NCBI GenBank assembly: GCA_010015585.1
Contig: ML975179.1
Strand: one strand, 5' to 3'
Length of the DNA: 64,000 bases
Source of the DNA: Eremomyces bilateralis CBS 781.70
Lineage: Eukaryota
This document shows positions 49,319 to 61,523 of the stretch, in pieces (within the stretch, counting starts at the first letter, position 1; each line of letters opens with the position of its first letter). The position numbers were made by a program, and so were the translations under genes. The notes under the pieces are model-generated. The model was not told the DNA's origin. It did no database searches and was given only the letters and a program-made list of their open reading frames with translations.

Positions 49319-49707
49319 GATGATGGATTTTGAAGTGTTGCGGGTTGCTTGGAAGATGGAAGCTGTTGACAGGAGCTAAAGTTGAGGTTGACTGCGGAAG
49401 TTCTCGCACTTGGCACATGATCACGTGACCGCTTCCGCGGGCCGGATCCGAATATGGCGACTCCCTTGGCGAGCGATGGATTGACAAGGGCAATTGGGAT
49501 GAAATGTCACGATATGCACGTAGGATTTGCGAAGTTGATTCTGCTCAATTGATTGAAGTTGACCGAGTCTCCGAAGCTTTTCATTTACCAGACTCCTGGG
49601 TCCAATAGGTATGAAATGTACATGTCCATGAGCGGATCACATTGGCTTTTGAAGCAATGGTTATCATCGGCAAAACCACGCCAGCAACAGGATCACCATG
49701 AAGCAAA

Positions 49708-50451
49708 TCATGTGCTCAGTGCCATGATGGAGTTGACAATGTCATTGTCGTTCTCCTTCAGCGCGCTCACGGCCTTCTTTCGTGACACGTTCGCCTGCTG
49801 CATGACCAGCTCGATGTCCTTGGTCTCCAGACCCGATTCATCGACCTCCTCGCCATCATCTTCCTCCTCCTCCTTCTTGGCCTCACCCGCCTCGATCTTC
49901 TTGTCGCCGTGGTCGTGGCCGGCGTGGGGGTCGGCATCAGCGGCTTGGGATAGCTGTTGGGCAGCGGCGGCTTGAGCTTGGGAGTTCAGGTCCTCAATCT
50001 TGGCCTCGCCGAAGATGCTGAGCGTTTGTTAGTCGCTGCCGTGGTATGCTGTACTTGCTTGATCGACTTACATCCAAGTGTTGCTGGAAGGAGACTTGTA
50101 GACATCCGGGTTGTTGATAACGAACAGAATCTGGACCCCATATTAGCTCACCGTATCCTTCACATCTTCAACGGCAATCGTGAGATCTTGGGAAAATGGA
50201 TGGCTTACGTTCTTGGGCCTCCTCAATGTAACACGGGTAATACCCTCAACGTGCTTTAAACCAAGCTTCGAAATGGCCTTTCGCGCTTTCTTCTCATTAC
50301 GCGAATGGATGGTCACAGCCGAACCGGCGGGAATGCTGGCCTCGCCCTCCTCAACTTCGGGCTCGGAGTCGGAGCTGTCGGAAGCATCTTCAACCTCAGC
50401 GATCTTCTTTTCCGGCTCATCAGGGAGCTCTTCGATTCTTGAGCTCGACAT
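49708..50451 (-). CDS. EGD2: Nascent polypeptide-associated complex alpha subunit; exons 50451-50209, 50130-50072, 50017-49708
   Basis: '[46 protein letters not shown]', '[10 protein letters not shown]', C-terminal UBA '[17 protein letters not shown]'. Confidence 0.96.
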
Positions 50452-50977
50452 TTTGGCGATAGGTGTCGAAGGTGCGAGGTGGTGGGAGATGTTGTGGGGG
50501 TGGTTCAGTTGTTATGGGAGAGCTGGGATGTGAAGTGAAGTTTCGCACCACGACAAATTTAGCGAGGTTTTGGGATGGCGGAGATCTCCAGCACAGCGAA
50601 AGTGCAAATGGATAACTTCAACGTTTAAGGCACACCACGACAGAATTCTACGATATGGAGCGTCTTTGGATTTACGATTTTGAATTTCTTGTCATTCCCG
50701 TGCATATTTAACAATTTTAATTATGCTACCCCGATCCCTTGGCCATAGATCCCACTACTGGGCATGGAAATGAGCACGGGGTTGGACATGAATGCTCCAG
50801 TCACTGTTTGATAATATTGCAAGAACTCAATACTCGCTGTTTTGCTTGGCAGGAAATGACACCCTCTTGGTGTCTTTTTGATTCTCAAGCTTTACCCATG
50901 TGAAGCAGATATACACGCCGTGCCGACCATGCAAGATAGAAAGAATCGTGCGCCATCACTCGTCACCCTGACTGCAC

Positions 50978-51614
50978 CTAAGCACTTGCTCGGACCTTGG
51001 CCAGCGCAACCTTCTCCGCGAATCGCTTCTGTAGATGAGAGATAGATTAGCCGTCTACAAGGGGACTTTTCGGAGGTCCAATATCATAGAAGCAATTGAG
51101 CTTGCCACATCATGCTTGGATTGTCGAACGTACCTGCTTCTGCAGTCTCATGACCTTGTACCTCTCGAAGTCATTGAGGGTCTTTCGCTTGTCCTTTCGT
51201 GCCCTCGTCTTCGCCCACGCGCTCTCAGCAAAGGTCTTCTCAACCTGAGCCTCGTTCCACTTCGTCTTCAGCCCAGCGTTACCGATGGCTCGCGGGAGCT
51301 TGGGGATGACGATCGGAGTGAGGGAAAGTCCAGCAAGGGCAGCGGAGTGTCGGGGAACGACCTTGTCTGCGCTCGCTGATGGTCCATCGATGAGAACCTG
51401 CAAATCATGCTTAGCCACAGAACACTCGACCTTCATCATTCTTGCATCGCGGAACCGGGGCCTGGGATGCTATGCGGTGGCTACGTACGCGCTTGTGATC
51501 GATGATCTCGACAATTGCTGCTAACCGGCCATCGTAGGGACCGCCGGCGAAGAGAACGACCCGTCCAACCTCCACCAGTCTCCAACTGCTCGTAACAACG
51601 GTGGCGTCGCCCAT
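50978..51614 (-). CDS. RPL14: 60S ribosomal protein eL14; exons 51614-51489, 51397-51134, 51028-50978
   Basis: 'WRLVEVGRVV', 'AAIVEIIDHKRVLIDGP', 'LNDFERYKVMRLQKQ'. Confidence 0.97.
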
Positions 51615-51777
51615 GGTGACAGACTTCTGCGATGATCAGTATTCTGGTATAATGTCGAATGCCAATGCAACATACAGTTTGATTGGGGCGAAGGGTATGA
51701 GTATGTGCTGTCGTGACGTTGTAATGCCGGTTTCGAGGTTGAGGTTGAAGAGAGCTGGTCGCTTAATTTTTGGTGGA

Positions 51778-51861
51778 TCACGTGTGTCGCTCGATGTGCG
51801 AAATTCGACGATAAATTTGTGTGAACCGCCAAGACAATGAATCCATGCACCACGTCACGTG
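51778..51861. promoter_or_regulatory. Two TCACGTG (Cbf1-type E-box) sites upstream of RPL14
   Basis: TCACGTG at 51778-51784 and 51855-51861, about 165-250 bp from the start codon. Confidence 0.5.
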
Positions 51862-52597
51862 CTAGCTTACTCAAGTCCAGGTTTTCTTTTTTCGGATTCA
51901 GTTTGATTCTTCATCTTCCCTCCACACAATGGGCATAGCATCCCATCTACGGGCACTGAAGCTTTGGAAATAGGCAATGCTCCAAGCTCGAATGGAATGA
52001 ACTAGGGACACCTAGTGAGAGACTCTCCTTAGAGATTCTCTCTAACAGATCTTCAAGGTACGTGAAACTTTCCTCCAAGCACACTTCACTTTCATGAGGA
52101 TACAAATTTGCGATTGACTGCAGTTGTCGGAGGCCACGCCTAGGTTCTCTTAACGGCACTGAGCGTATGATATTTAATATCTCACATATTCTGAATTTCA
52201 CCGTCTACATGTTTCTGGTTCACACACTTTGTCAGATTGCTTGCTGATTTAATGCTTGCAGGCTAGACATCCCGACGGATAGTTCCTCCGTCTAAGGTCG
52301 AGACCATTTCTTCGGGCCTCCAACCTTGTCGTTGTCCCGTAAGTTGCTCTTCCATTTTTTTGACTCACTTTCATCCATTCCTGCCCAATGATTAGAACTC
52401 AACTAGATAGTATCTGACCTTACGGGGCATGATTATTTCAGTTACACCAAGATCGCTGAGGGGCGCAACTCACATTTATTTCTTGCTACAGCACATTGGT
52501 GGTACTTTGACTGACCGTGAGAATAGGATGAGTGCCCATATGCGAGTTGTCGAGAGATAGCATTCCCTTGAGCCGGTCGCAACCCAGACCAGCAGAA

Positions 52598-53746
52598 ATG
52601 CCTGAGCACCGCCGGAAACCTGCACGTAGGGAGCCGGCGTCCTTGCAAAGGACTCCAGGCAGATCCAAGCAGCCCTCGAGCTCCCGAAGACACAACAAAG
52701 GCAATCCAGTGATTCGTCACCGGCCCTCTCCATTGGAATCACTTCCCAACGAGCTGCTCGAGAAGATCTTCCTTTTGTCACGTAGCACTGCTCTACCTTG
52801 TTGTTCGCCACGCCTAGGTTCTCGGTTGTCGCACGAAGGGACACTCGTCAATTTCGCAGCGGATTTTCTCTGGAGTTTCGCCGCTCCCAACATCAAGAGC
52901 AAGGATTTCCAGAAAGAGTATTTGCGCCTTGTCAATGCCCGCTTCTTCACCGCAAGCTTCTTCAAGAAGTGTGTTGATAGTGTGCTCAACCCAGAACCAG
53001 GGCGAGGTCCCGCTCATTCGCTGCACTATGCATGCCCTGCTTGCATCCAATCCTTTCGTCCTTTTGCTGACGTGGGCTTTTATTTCACGGCCAAACAAGT
53101 TGGGACAAATTGTTGCCCATGTGGAAGAACAGCACAATGCGAGGTACTCTTCCCCGTCCTGAATCACAGCTTGCCTTCCAAAGTTCTTCATGGGCCATGG
53201 ACCCTGGAAAAGGTAACACTCGCATGCTCTCTCATGCATTACGGCTGGCGTTCCACAGTTCAGGGCACCGCTGGAGAGGAAATCGCCGCTCGGGGACTTG
53301 ATGACGCTATACAAGAGCGCCATTACTGGGCCATTTTCCTTCTTCTCAAATGTTTATCTGTGGTGCCGTCCAGCAGAGTTGTCAGGGAAACGCTTTTGGA
53401 CAACAATTTCGACAAGAAGATTGTCCTTGCTGTCCTTTTGGCTCGATACAATGCCGGTCACATTACTGACTATCTCGATCCATGCTACGATCCTTGGAGA
53501 GTTCCCCTCGACAAGAAGCAAACTAGCGATCGTGATGTCTTCCTAAATACATGGTGCACTGAAGCTTTGGAGTACGAAGCACGGAAGGACCGCGAAAGGA
53601 TTCATATGGACATCTTCGACCTCTTCGAGATACTGGACCCTGCATTTAATCATCTTGATGATGTTGCTCATGTCGTTTGGAGACAAGTTCTTCAAGAGAA
53701 CGACGCAGTTCCTCTGAGAGCGCCTGAGTTCTTCAACGATCTGTAA
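52598..53746 (+). CDS. Hypothetical fungal protein with an F-box-like N-terminal motif
   Basis: Long open frame; 'LESLPNELLEKIFLLS...LPCCSPRLGSRLS' and 'LPSKVLHGPWT.EK'. The start is uncertain and upstream exons are possible. Confidence 0.75.
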   Translation: MPEHRRKPARREPASLQRTPGRSKQPSSSRRHNKGNPVIRHRPSPLESLPNELLEKIFLLSRSTALPCCSPRLGSRLSHEGTLVNFAADFLWSFAAPNIKSKDFQKEYLRLVNARFFTASFFKKCVDSVLNPEPGRGPAHSLHYACPACIQSFRPFADVGFYFTAKQVGTNCCPCGRTAQCEVLFPVLNHSLPSKVLHGPWTLEKVTLACSLMHYGWRSTVQGTAGEEIAARGLDDAIQERHYWAIFLLLKCLSVVPSSRVVRETLLDNNFDKKIVLAVLLARYNAGHITDYLDPCYDPWRVPLDKKQTSDRDVFLNTWCTEALEYEARKDRERIHMDIFDLFEILDPAFNHLDDVAHVVWRQVLQENDAVPLRAPEFFNDL

Positions 53747-54332
53747 GTTGCGGAACCGGCCTAATTAGGACCTTGGACATAATTTATCATTTTGTCGAAG
53801 TCATGCGACCGATGTTATGAAGCGGCTAACAAAATCGAGGCTGCACCTCACCGAGGACTTGTTCGACTAACTTCCGTACCGCTTACATATCTCGTTCCTC
53901 AACTTCAACTCGTCTCGTTCTTCATTTCGTTTTTTTATTTTTATTTTCCGAGTCATCTGAGTATTCTGCTCCTTTGCTGTATTTCGTTGGAGAATCAGGA
54001 TGGGAAAGAGTTCGAACGCGGGAATATTTGAGCAACTCGTACTCTACCACACTGAAGTTTAATATCGAGTATGGATCAATTGTAGGATAGGAGTGTATTA
54101 TAGAACTCATAGCAATACTACAGCTCCGGCATCACTACCTCTACACATTGCAACATGTTCCCCGTAGTCTCGTGATTCGTAAACAGATCATCATGTCCCT
54201 CTCCCCGTTTGCTCCTCCTATTCCCATTCCGAATACCCACCCCTTCCCGTTGGTGCCACAGATCGTCGCAGCGGCGTTGATCGCGCCGGCTTCCGGAGAA
54301 ACATCTCCTTGCTCGTAGCAGGTGACCGGCCT

Positions 54333-56567
54333 TCAACCCTCGATCAATCTAATCTGAATATCGCCGAAGATCTCCTCTTGCTCCGCCCTCACCATATTCT
54401 TCGAACCCAGCGCCAGCACATGAAACAATCCCTGAGCCGCAATCATCCTGCTCGTCGTCTCGGGGGGTAACAGCTCCTCGAACGTGACATGTTCGACGTC
54501 GTCCTCGATCTCCTGCTTCGCGTCCACTCCCGCTTGGATGAAGGTCAGGAAGTTGTCCGACTCTCGATCCAACGCGGCCCGCTGCACCTGACTCTCGGTC
54601 TGCAGCTGCAACCGTTCCTGCTCACCCTCGGAGAGCTCGTCAGCGCCTAGCGCGAAGTCATCGTGGCCGACAAAGTCACTCGAGAAACCCGTGCCTCCGA
54701 GCTGGAAAATTTGCTGGTTTGCAAGGGAAGTGCCACGTCCGACCAAGGGCGACTCGGTATCTCTCCGACGGATATCAGGATGCGCACCGGTGGTACCGAG
54801 GGACGTCAGACCCTTAATGGAGCTGGCGATGCGCGCAATGCTGCTAAGACGATGCGCCGACGAGCCGCGAACCGACGCCGTGACATTCCACGGCATCATG
54901 ATCGAGATGTCCTCCAGCTCCGGCTGCGCCTCTCGAGCCACCTCGACTTCGTCTTCGGGAGCGTGGACCATCTCGTCGTCGTATCCCATGGCCGCCTCGA
55001 CTTCGTCACGCGTTCGTCTCACTTCCTCCTCCGTTTCGCCTTCCTCGAACGCCGTGCGGCTACGCTTCCTGGTCCCAGTCGGAGTGCTCGGCGTCTCGGA
55101 GGCCGGCACAATCGCATTGATGAGATCATCGCCAAAGAACATGCTCAATGGCCCGAACGACCCCTCCTTCATCGTCGCACCGACGCCGCCCAACCCCACC
55201 CCCGCAACCCAATACTCCGCGTTCCGCTTCGCCTGAAAATTCGCTTTCTGCAGAATCCGGCGGTCGCGCGCCTCGACCATGTGCGGGACGTAGGAGAGGC
55301 CCCATTCTTTGATCGTCGTGTTACGCAGGGTGGTGTCGTGGTCCATGGGGATGACGCGAGGTGCGCGCTGCTGCGGGCGGAGGGAAGCGACGGCTTCGAC
55401 CGAGCCTTCATAGGATTCGGTGGGCTGTTGGGGGGTGGTGGGCATTGGATGGTCGTCGGATAGATCGTCGTATTGGAGGGCCGGGAGGTCGTCAAGATCC
55501 ATCTTGTCGGCATCCTGTGGTGATGCTCAGTCATGGCTTGTAAAATCGGATGGGATCACTCACGCCTAGCAATGCTTGCCGTGCCGCCCCCGCGTGTTCA
55601 TCCTCCACCCGTCGTCGTGCCGATGCATCGCTTCCCAGAACCAGCGGCCCTGGAGTTCCCCGGGCTGTCAGAGTTCCGGTCGGGTGTTCACTCAGATCCA
55701 CCAGATTCCCCTCCGCGTCGAACCCGAAGTCAACATTCGGATCGAACCCCTCATCGTCGCCGAACCCCAGCGTGACATGCTCGGTGTCCCCCGCGCCCGG
55801 CAGCTGAAAGCCGCCGATGCCGCTGCTCTCGATAGGAGATCGGAGATCGAGTCTGGGGACTCCTTGAGAGCCCTGGGAGGTGTGGGGTGAGAAATTGTTG
55901 CGTTCTTGGGAGTCACCCGCGAGGGAGAGCTCGAAGCCGGGCAGATCGGAGAGGTCGATATCGAACGTCTGGAGGACGAGCTCGGGGACGAAGGTCGGAT
56001 CGTCTTGCAAGTTGAGATTCTCGGCCGTAGACCTGAGATTGTGAGTGGATTAGGTCAATAGACGCCGTTCGACATGCTTACTTGGTCTTTTCGCCTTCCA
56101 GATCGATGTCGAGCCTTCGCGTGCCATGAAGCTCCTGATTCATGACGCGAAAGATCGTCTCCGTGTCCGCATGAAGATATTCGCACTGCTTCTCGCACGC
56201 TCGTGAGACACCATAGCTAGACGGGCTGGTCAATAGACGATTTACCGGGCGACATCGACGGGTACTTACAGCAGGCTGCTTTGCAATCGCAGCGCCATGG
56301 GTGCGGCGGGATTAATGATCGTCTCACAGGCTTTCGGTACATTGACTTCTTGAATATTGCGGCGATTGAGTTTCCGGACGCCGGATTTGGAGCCGAGCGT
56401 GGCGAGGAGCCTAGCGGGATGTTAACCAGTGCTGTCACTGGCAAGATGATGAGAAGCACGCACCATACGGTAGCAACACCATGTTTGCGATCAGTCAGAA
56501 CTAGTTTGAGTGAGTTTAGTGTTTCAAGTCAACGCTGCGGATACAGACCTTCGTGGATGTAGAACAT
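54333..56567 (-). CDS. REC8: Rad21/Rec8-family kleisin, probably meiotic REC8; exons 56567-56549, 56500-56464, 56410-56270, 56216-56082, 56032-55564, 55514-54333
   Basis: Spliced N-terminus 'MFYIHEVLTDRKHGVATVWLLATLG...APMALRLQSSLLYGVSR'; C-terminal winged helix 'TSRMIAAQGLFHVLALGSK...EQEEIFGDI'. Confidence 0.88.
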
Positions 56568-57078
56568 GGCGACCGTGAAGGAGTAGGGATGAGGTTGGAA
56601 ACGAACGGCTGAGACCACAAGTAAACCGAGCGAATTGAAGGTGGGCACGAAAGATAAATTTATGAATGGAAACGAATGCGAGAGAAGTGCACGAAGTATG
56701 CAGAGACGTGGTGCAAAGGAAGTGGGAGGATGAGAGGACTGAGATGTGGAGGTGGATGTGGACAACGCGTCGTGGGAAAGCACATCACATGAACGGTTAC
56801 CAGCAGCGCTCACAGAACCACACACAGCGGCCTTAAGCATTCAACATCGCTCGATTTTTCCTGTTCTAGTGTCTATACCCATTCTGCATCGGAGGACGCC
56901 TCTGCTCATGTAATCCTAGCCGCCAATGCAGGTGCATCCGATGGTCATCAGCTCGTCGCGTCTTCATTGATCGTCGCGTGGCTTTCGCTTCACATATGAG
57001 CCATGTGACCTGTAACCTCCCGTTTGCCCGTCAATGCAAGATGGATATCACGGAAAAGAGGGTACTGGGGCCAGCCCT

Positions 57079-59010
57079 TCATTTTGCTTCGGCTGGTGCG
57101 GCGCCTGTCTCTTCGCTGACCGAGGGCAGTGGCACGGCGCGATACAGGAGGATAAGGGCGGAATGGCTTTGGCCTGTGTTTCGGTCAGGAACGTCATCTT
57201 TCTAGCACTCAAATCAACTTACCGCCACCCGAGAGCGTCTCGATCTTCTCCGCGTCGACCTCGGAGACCTTATCATCGTTGAACCACCACCAGTTCCCGT
57301 CCTCTTCCTGCGTCTTTCCGGTCGCGGGATCTTTCCGGCCGGCTTTCTTGACGAAGGCGGTGTAATGCCCGCTGTCGGCACTGGCGCCTTGATGCGTGAC
57401 AACGCCTCGAAGCTCGTACAGGCCGGTGTGATTTCCGCCCTCATCGGCGATGAGCTTCTCATCGACCAGCGCAAGGAGCTCCTTCTTGGCGTTCAGAATC
57501 GAAGCAGCTTTCTCCGCTTCGAATTCGGCATCGCTCTTGTATTGAACGTCAGTCATTTCCGTATCCTCGGATGCTACTTTGTCCTTCTTCGCGTCCTTCT
57601 TCGCGTCCTTCTTCGTGTCCTTCTTCGCGTCCTGGGACGGTTTCGTTGCGGAACCCTCAGGTAGCGTATCCGGCTCCTCGCCCTCCTTCGTTCGCTTTCT
57701 CCGCTTCCGTGACCGCTCGACATCCTCCTCCTCCTTCCTAATCTCCCGGATCTTATCTCGGACCGGGATCAAGAGCTTCTTCAGGTCATCCGTGCAGTAC
57801 TCCACGGCATCCAGCTCATGCTGGAACGTCACTTTCCGCATGATCTTGGCTTTCTTCCCCGTCGTCCGTCGCCAGTCGAAGCGCACGAAATGAACGGTGA
57901 GATACTTCGGCAGCCGCATGACGCGGGAGGTTTTGTTGTAGACCGCATCCCGCCCCAGCACTTCCGAGCGCTTCTCGATCTGCTCGGTGAGACCGGCCGC
58001 GAGACCATCCCGCAAATGGTTCGTATCGGCATTGATGTGGCAGTTCAGCTTGTAGAATCGATCCTGGCTATGAACGGATTCCTCTCCACCGTCCTTCGCG
58101 GCCGGCTCGGAGCACTCCATGGTCGATTCGAACTGGCCTGACATGTATGTATCCACCCATGATTGCGCGGCCTTGGACCCTGCGTCGGATCCATCAGTCA
58201 GGCCAGATATCGTCACTTTCTCCTTCAGCTGTGAAACAATCTGTGACCATGCTTCTTCGGCGTCCTGTTGAGCGTAGCCATGTCCATCTTTCGATTTCTG
58301 AGCGAACTGAGGGTATGCCGATCGTAGTGCGCTGAGGAACACGAGCGGAGGGAATCCCACTTGCGTCTCGGACAGTTGCTTGAACAGGTCGCGAAGGGAG
58401 GCGATAAGATCGAGGGAAGCAGCGGACGAACTGCCGCCAAGGGTAAATTGACGGAGATCGGGCCCAGTACTAGCGCTACGTCCACCATTAGCGACAAAAG
58501 TCCCAAGAGAACCGTATCCTATCCTTACCCAGGCTTATAAGTAGCGAGTTGTTCTTGCAGTTCGGGGATCGCCCTCAGTGTCTGGAGCGTCGCATTCATG
58601 TAGCATGTATTGCCTAGGTTCTGCAGACCCGCCGGGATCGCTCCTTCGGACTGAGCCGCTTCGGCTTCAGTCATATCCTCTAGGAACTTGATCTTTTCCT
58701 TCGGCCTCTCCAAGGCTGCTGAACCGGCCGCAGGCGTGCCCATCATCATGAAGGCATGTCCAGGTTTGACACCGAGTTTCCCCAGGTCGGTATCATCCTT
58801 CATTTGGCCGCCTTTGATCAGGATCTTCTGGCGCTCTGGCTCCACGCCGGTGAGGGAGTAGAGCTGGTATTTGAAGGTCTCTCCATTGGATGTAGGATCG
58901 AGCTCGACATCATATCGCTTGCCTTGGTGCTTGACCACCACTGATTCTTAGGGTTAGCTTCCATGATTTGGCTCGGAAGATGAGGGATTTCAACCTTGTA
59001 TAGGATCCAT
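57079..59010 (-). CDS. UBP6: Proteasome-associated deubiquitinase Ubp6/USP14; exons 59010-58995, 58940-58529, 58469-57223, 57173-57079
   Basis: N-terminal UBL, Cys box 'GLQNLGNTCYMNA', 'QQDAEE', His box 'HQGASADSGHY', 'WWWFNDDKV'. Confidence 0.96.
57581..57633. repeat. Coding 12-bp minisatellite (GTCCTTCTTCGC x ~4.4) encoding (A/T)KKD repeats in UBP6
   Basis: Copies at 57581, 57593, 57605, 57617 and a partial copy at 57629. Confidence 0.9.
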
Positions 59011-59213
59011 GATGATAGGCCAGCACAGATGTATAGTGGGTTGAAAATCAAGAGGATATAGAGGGTGTGAGGGGGGAGATTTGTGTTGTTGACTTCCACA
59101 CGTACCACAGTCTGTTGTTCACTCGCAGTGTTTTGCAGTGGGAGGTTTGCCTCAACCATTCGTCATTCGTCCGCCGCCTGGAGCCCTGGGCGGTGGACCA
59201 GGATGAGCGGGAA

Positions 59214-59241
59214 GTGGCTGACTAAGTGTGGCTGACTAAGT
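59214..59241. promoter_or_regulatory. Perfect 14-bp tandem duplication GTGGCTGACTAAGT x2 containing TGACTAA (Yap1/AP-1-type element) in the UBP6/ARC19 divergent promoter
   Basis: Direct reading 59214-59227 and 59228-59241; the regulatory role is inferred. Confidence 0.5.
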
Positions 59242-59449
59242 GAAGCTGGTCATCACCACAGGCGGGGCTTCCTTGGGGCTTCGTGTGTCCGTCGCAACTA
59301 CGGCACTGCACTGTAGTACCTCTACATATCTATCCAACTTTAGCATCGCTGTTGGTATTGGGGCTATTATTGTATCTCCTTTCTTCGCCAGCTGATGAGA
59401 CCAGGCGGTACTTGCCTCCCGTCTTAAAGGTCGCCGAGGAGTCCCGATC

Positions 59450-60193
59450 ATGGTATGTCTGCATAGGAGTCGATCTTACGTTGCCTTGACTAACCTCCGC
59501 AGTCCCAATCACTTCGGCCATACCTCCAATGCGTCCGGTCTTCGCTGACTGCTGCCCTATCTCTATCCAACTTCGCCTCACAAACTAGCGAGAGACACAA
59601 TGTCCCCGAGATCGAAGCGAAATCCTCCCCCGAAGTGCTCCTCAACCCCCTCACGGTGTCACGGAACGAGAATGAGCGGGTGTTCATCGAACCCAGCATA
59701 AACAGCGTTCGGATCAGCATCAAAATCAAGCAAGCCGACGAGATTGAGAACATATTGGTCCATAAGTTCACGCGGTTCTTGACCCAGAGAGCGGAGGCCT
59801 TCTTTATCCTGAGAAGGAAACCCATCAAGGTTGGTCCAGCATCTCCCGACGTACTCCGGGTAACGGATATCGGGTGGCTGACTCTTTCAGGGATATGATA
59901 TCTCGTTCTTAATCACAAACTTCCACACGGAAGACATGCTTAAACACAAACTGGTCGACTTCATAATACAATTCATGGAGGAGGTCGATAAGGAGATTTC
60001 GGAGATGAAGCTCTTTGTAAGCCCCAGCTCTTTGACACTCTTCAGGGCCTTCCCTGCCGATATTAAATATGAAACTAATCATCCGCAGTTGAACGCGAGG
60101 GCTCGTTTTGTAGCAGAGTCATTCCTAACTCCCGTAAGCGCCGTGCTCTCCAGTTCGTTGAGACCACTAGCTAACATGTCTTAGTTCGATTGA
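59450..60193 (+). CDS. ARC19: Arp2/3 complex 20-kDa subunit (ARPC4); exons 59450-59452, 59503-59829, 59891-60016, 60089-60133, 60185-60193
   Basis: '[36 protein letters not shown]', '[24 protein letters not shown]', '[14 protein letters not shown]'; the first coding exon is the ATG alone. Confidence 0.96.
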
Positions 60194-61523
60194 ACAGGGG
60201 GCACTATCCCTTTGTTAAGGAGCAAACGCTGCAATTTCTCAATGAGTGGGAACCAACCATCGCCATCATACCATCACCATGGTCCAATCGGTGTCGTTGA
60301 GATCTCTTCACCGTCATTCAGCAGGCATTACATTGCCTCCGTGGCTCCTCCCAAGTCATCAACTTCCATGGAGCGTTTCTGGTACCAAAGGCCTTCCCGA
60401 AAAGTTTGTAACTGCCATAGATACCAGAATGGATTGAGCGTTCTTTGCCTCCCTAAACCTTTCCATTGAGCTATGATGACTTGCTTCCTGCCTGATATCA
60501 AATTATACTTGACCAGTCATCCAGATATAGGCGTGCCATTGAATGTCGATCGTGTGTATCCTTTCTCTGACATATACTCTCCAAAGAGTATAGGTATCCT
60601 TCTCTTTCTTAGTATATCTTCGATTTTTAGTGCACCTGCAACATCTTGCTTTGTAATCTCTTAGGAGCACCGATCGTCCCTTTTCCAATACTCGTTTGCC
60701 GTTGAGTCTATGGTTTGATTCGCATTATCTGGTACCTGGTCTATTGCTTCTCCAATTACCAGAGTTTATATAACACTCAGCACTCTTAGAACAGCAGCTC
60801 CTGAACACACAGATGGAACGGAGCACCTGCACCTCTATTGAAGGGTGTCCTCCCTTAAACTGACTCCTATCTTTCTTAGCATCAGCCGTAGATCCCCAGT
60901 CTTCTTGTTCTCCCAATATGTGTCGCCTGTACTATGATAGGCTTTGGCCCTCGGGGCCATTAGAAAATGTCATCTTGCATCTTGATAATTCGACAGATTC
61001 AGAACCATTACCCATGTCAGCGTGTATTACTGCTGGGAAATGGCCCGTTCTATCATTTATTTCCCATCTCATTAATTCGCTCTTCGGTGGACAATAATTA
61101 TGTCAAAATTTATGTTATCCTGAAAGCCGGGTGGAAACATCATGTCACATCTACCTATGGTAACAGTCTACAAATGTGTTGGTATCATACCTTTTACATT
61201 GATAAAGCGGGATTGACCGTCTTTATTCACATAATGATGAAGGTATTCATCATTATTATGCCCTCCTCATCACAAGAAACTCCGGTGGAGTATTTAAGTC
61301 GCTTCTAACATGAACTGTTTCTATTTCCTTTATAGAATGCTTAGAATAAATAGAAAGCACTAAATACTTTATATTCTGCAAGTTTGTCTTGAGCCACTTC
61401 CATATCTCTAAACTACGTTCTGTCCTTGTAACGACCAAGCAGCATCCAGCAGTCGGCCGACCGAACTTCGCTGTTGAAGAAGTCAACGTCATCCAGTGCA
61501 CTCACTAGCCCGACAATCCCACC

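Noticed and set aside
60200..61500. AT-rich stretch as a RIP-mutated transposon
   Set aside because: No terminal repeats, target-site duplication or transposase/RT remnants recognisable.
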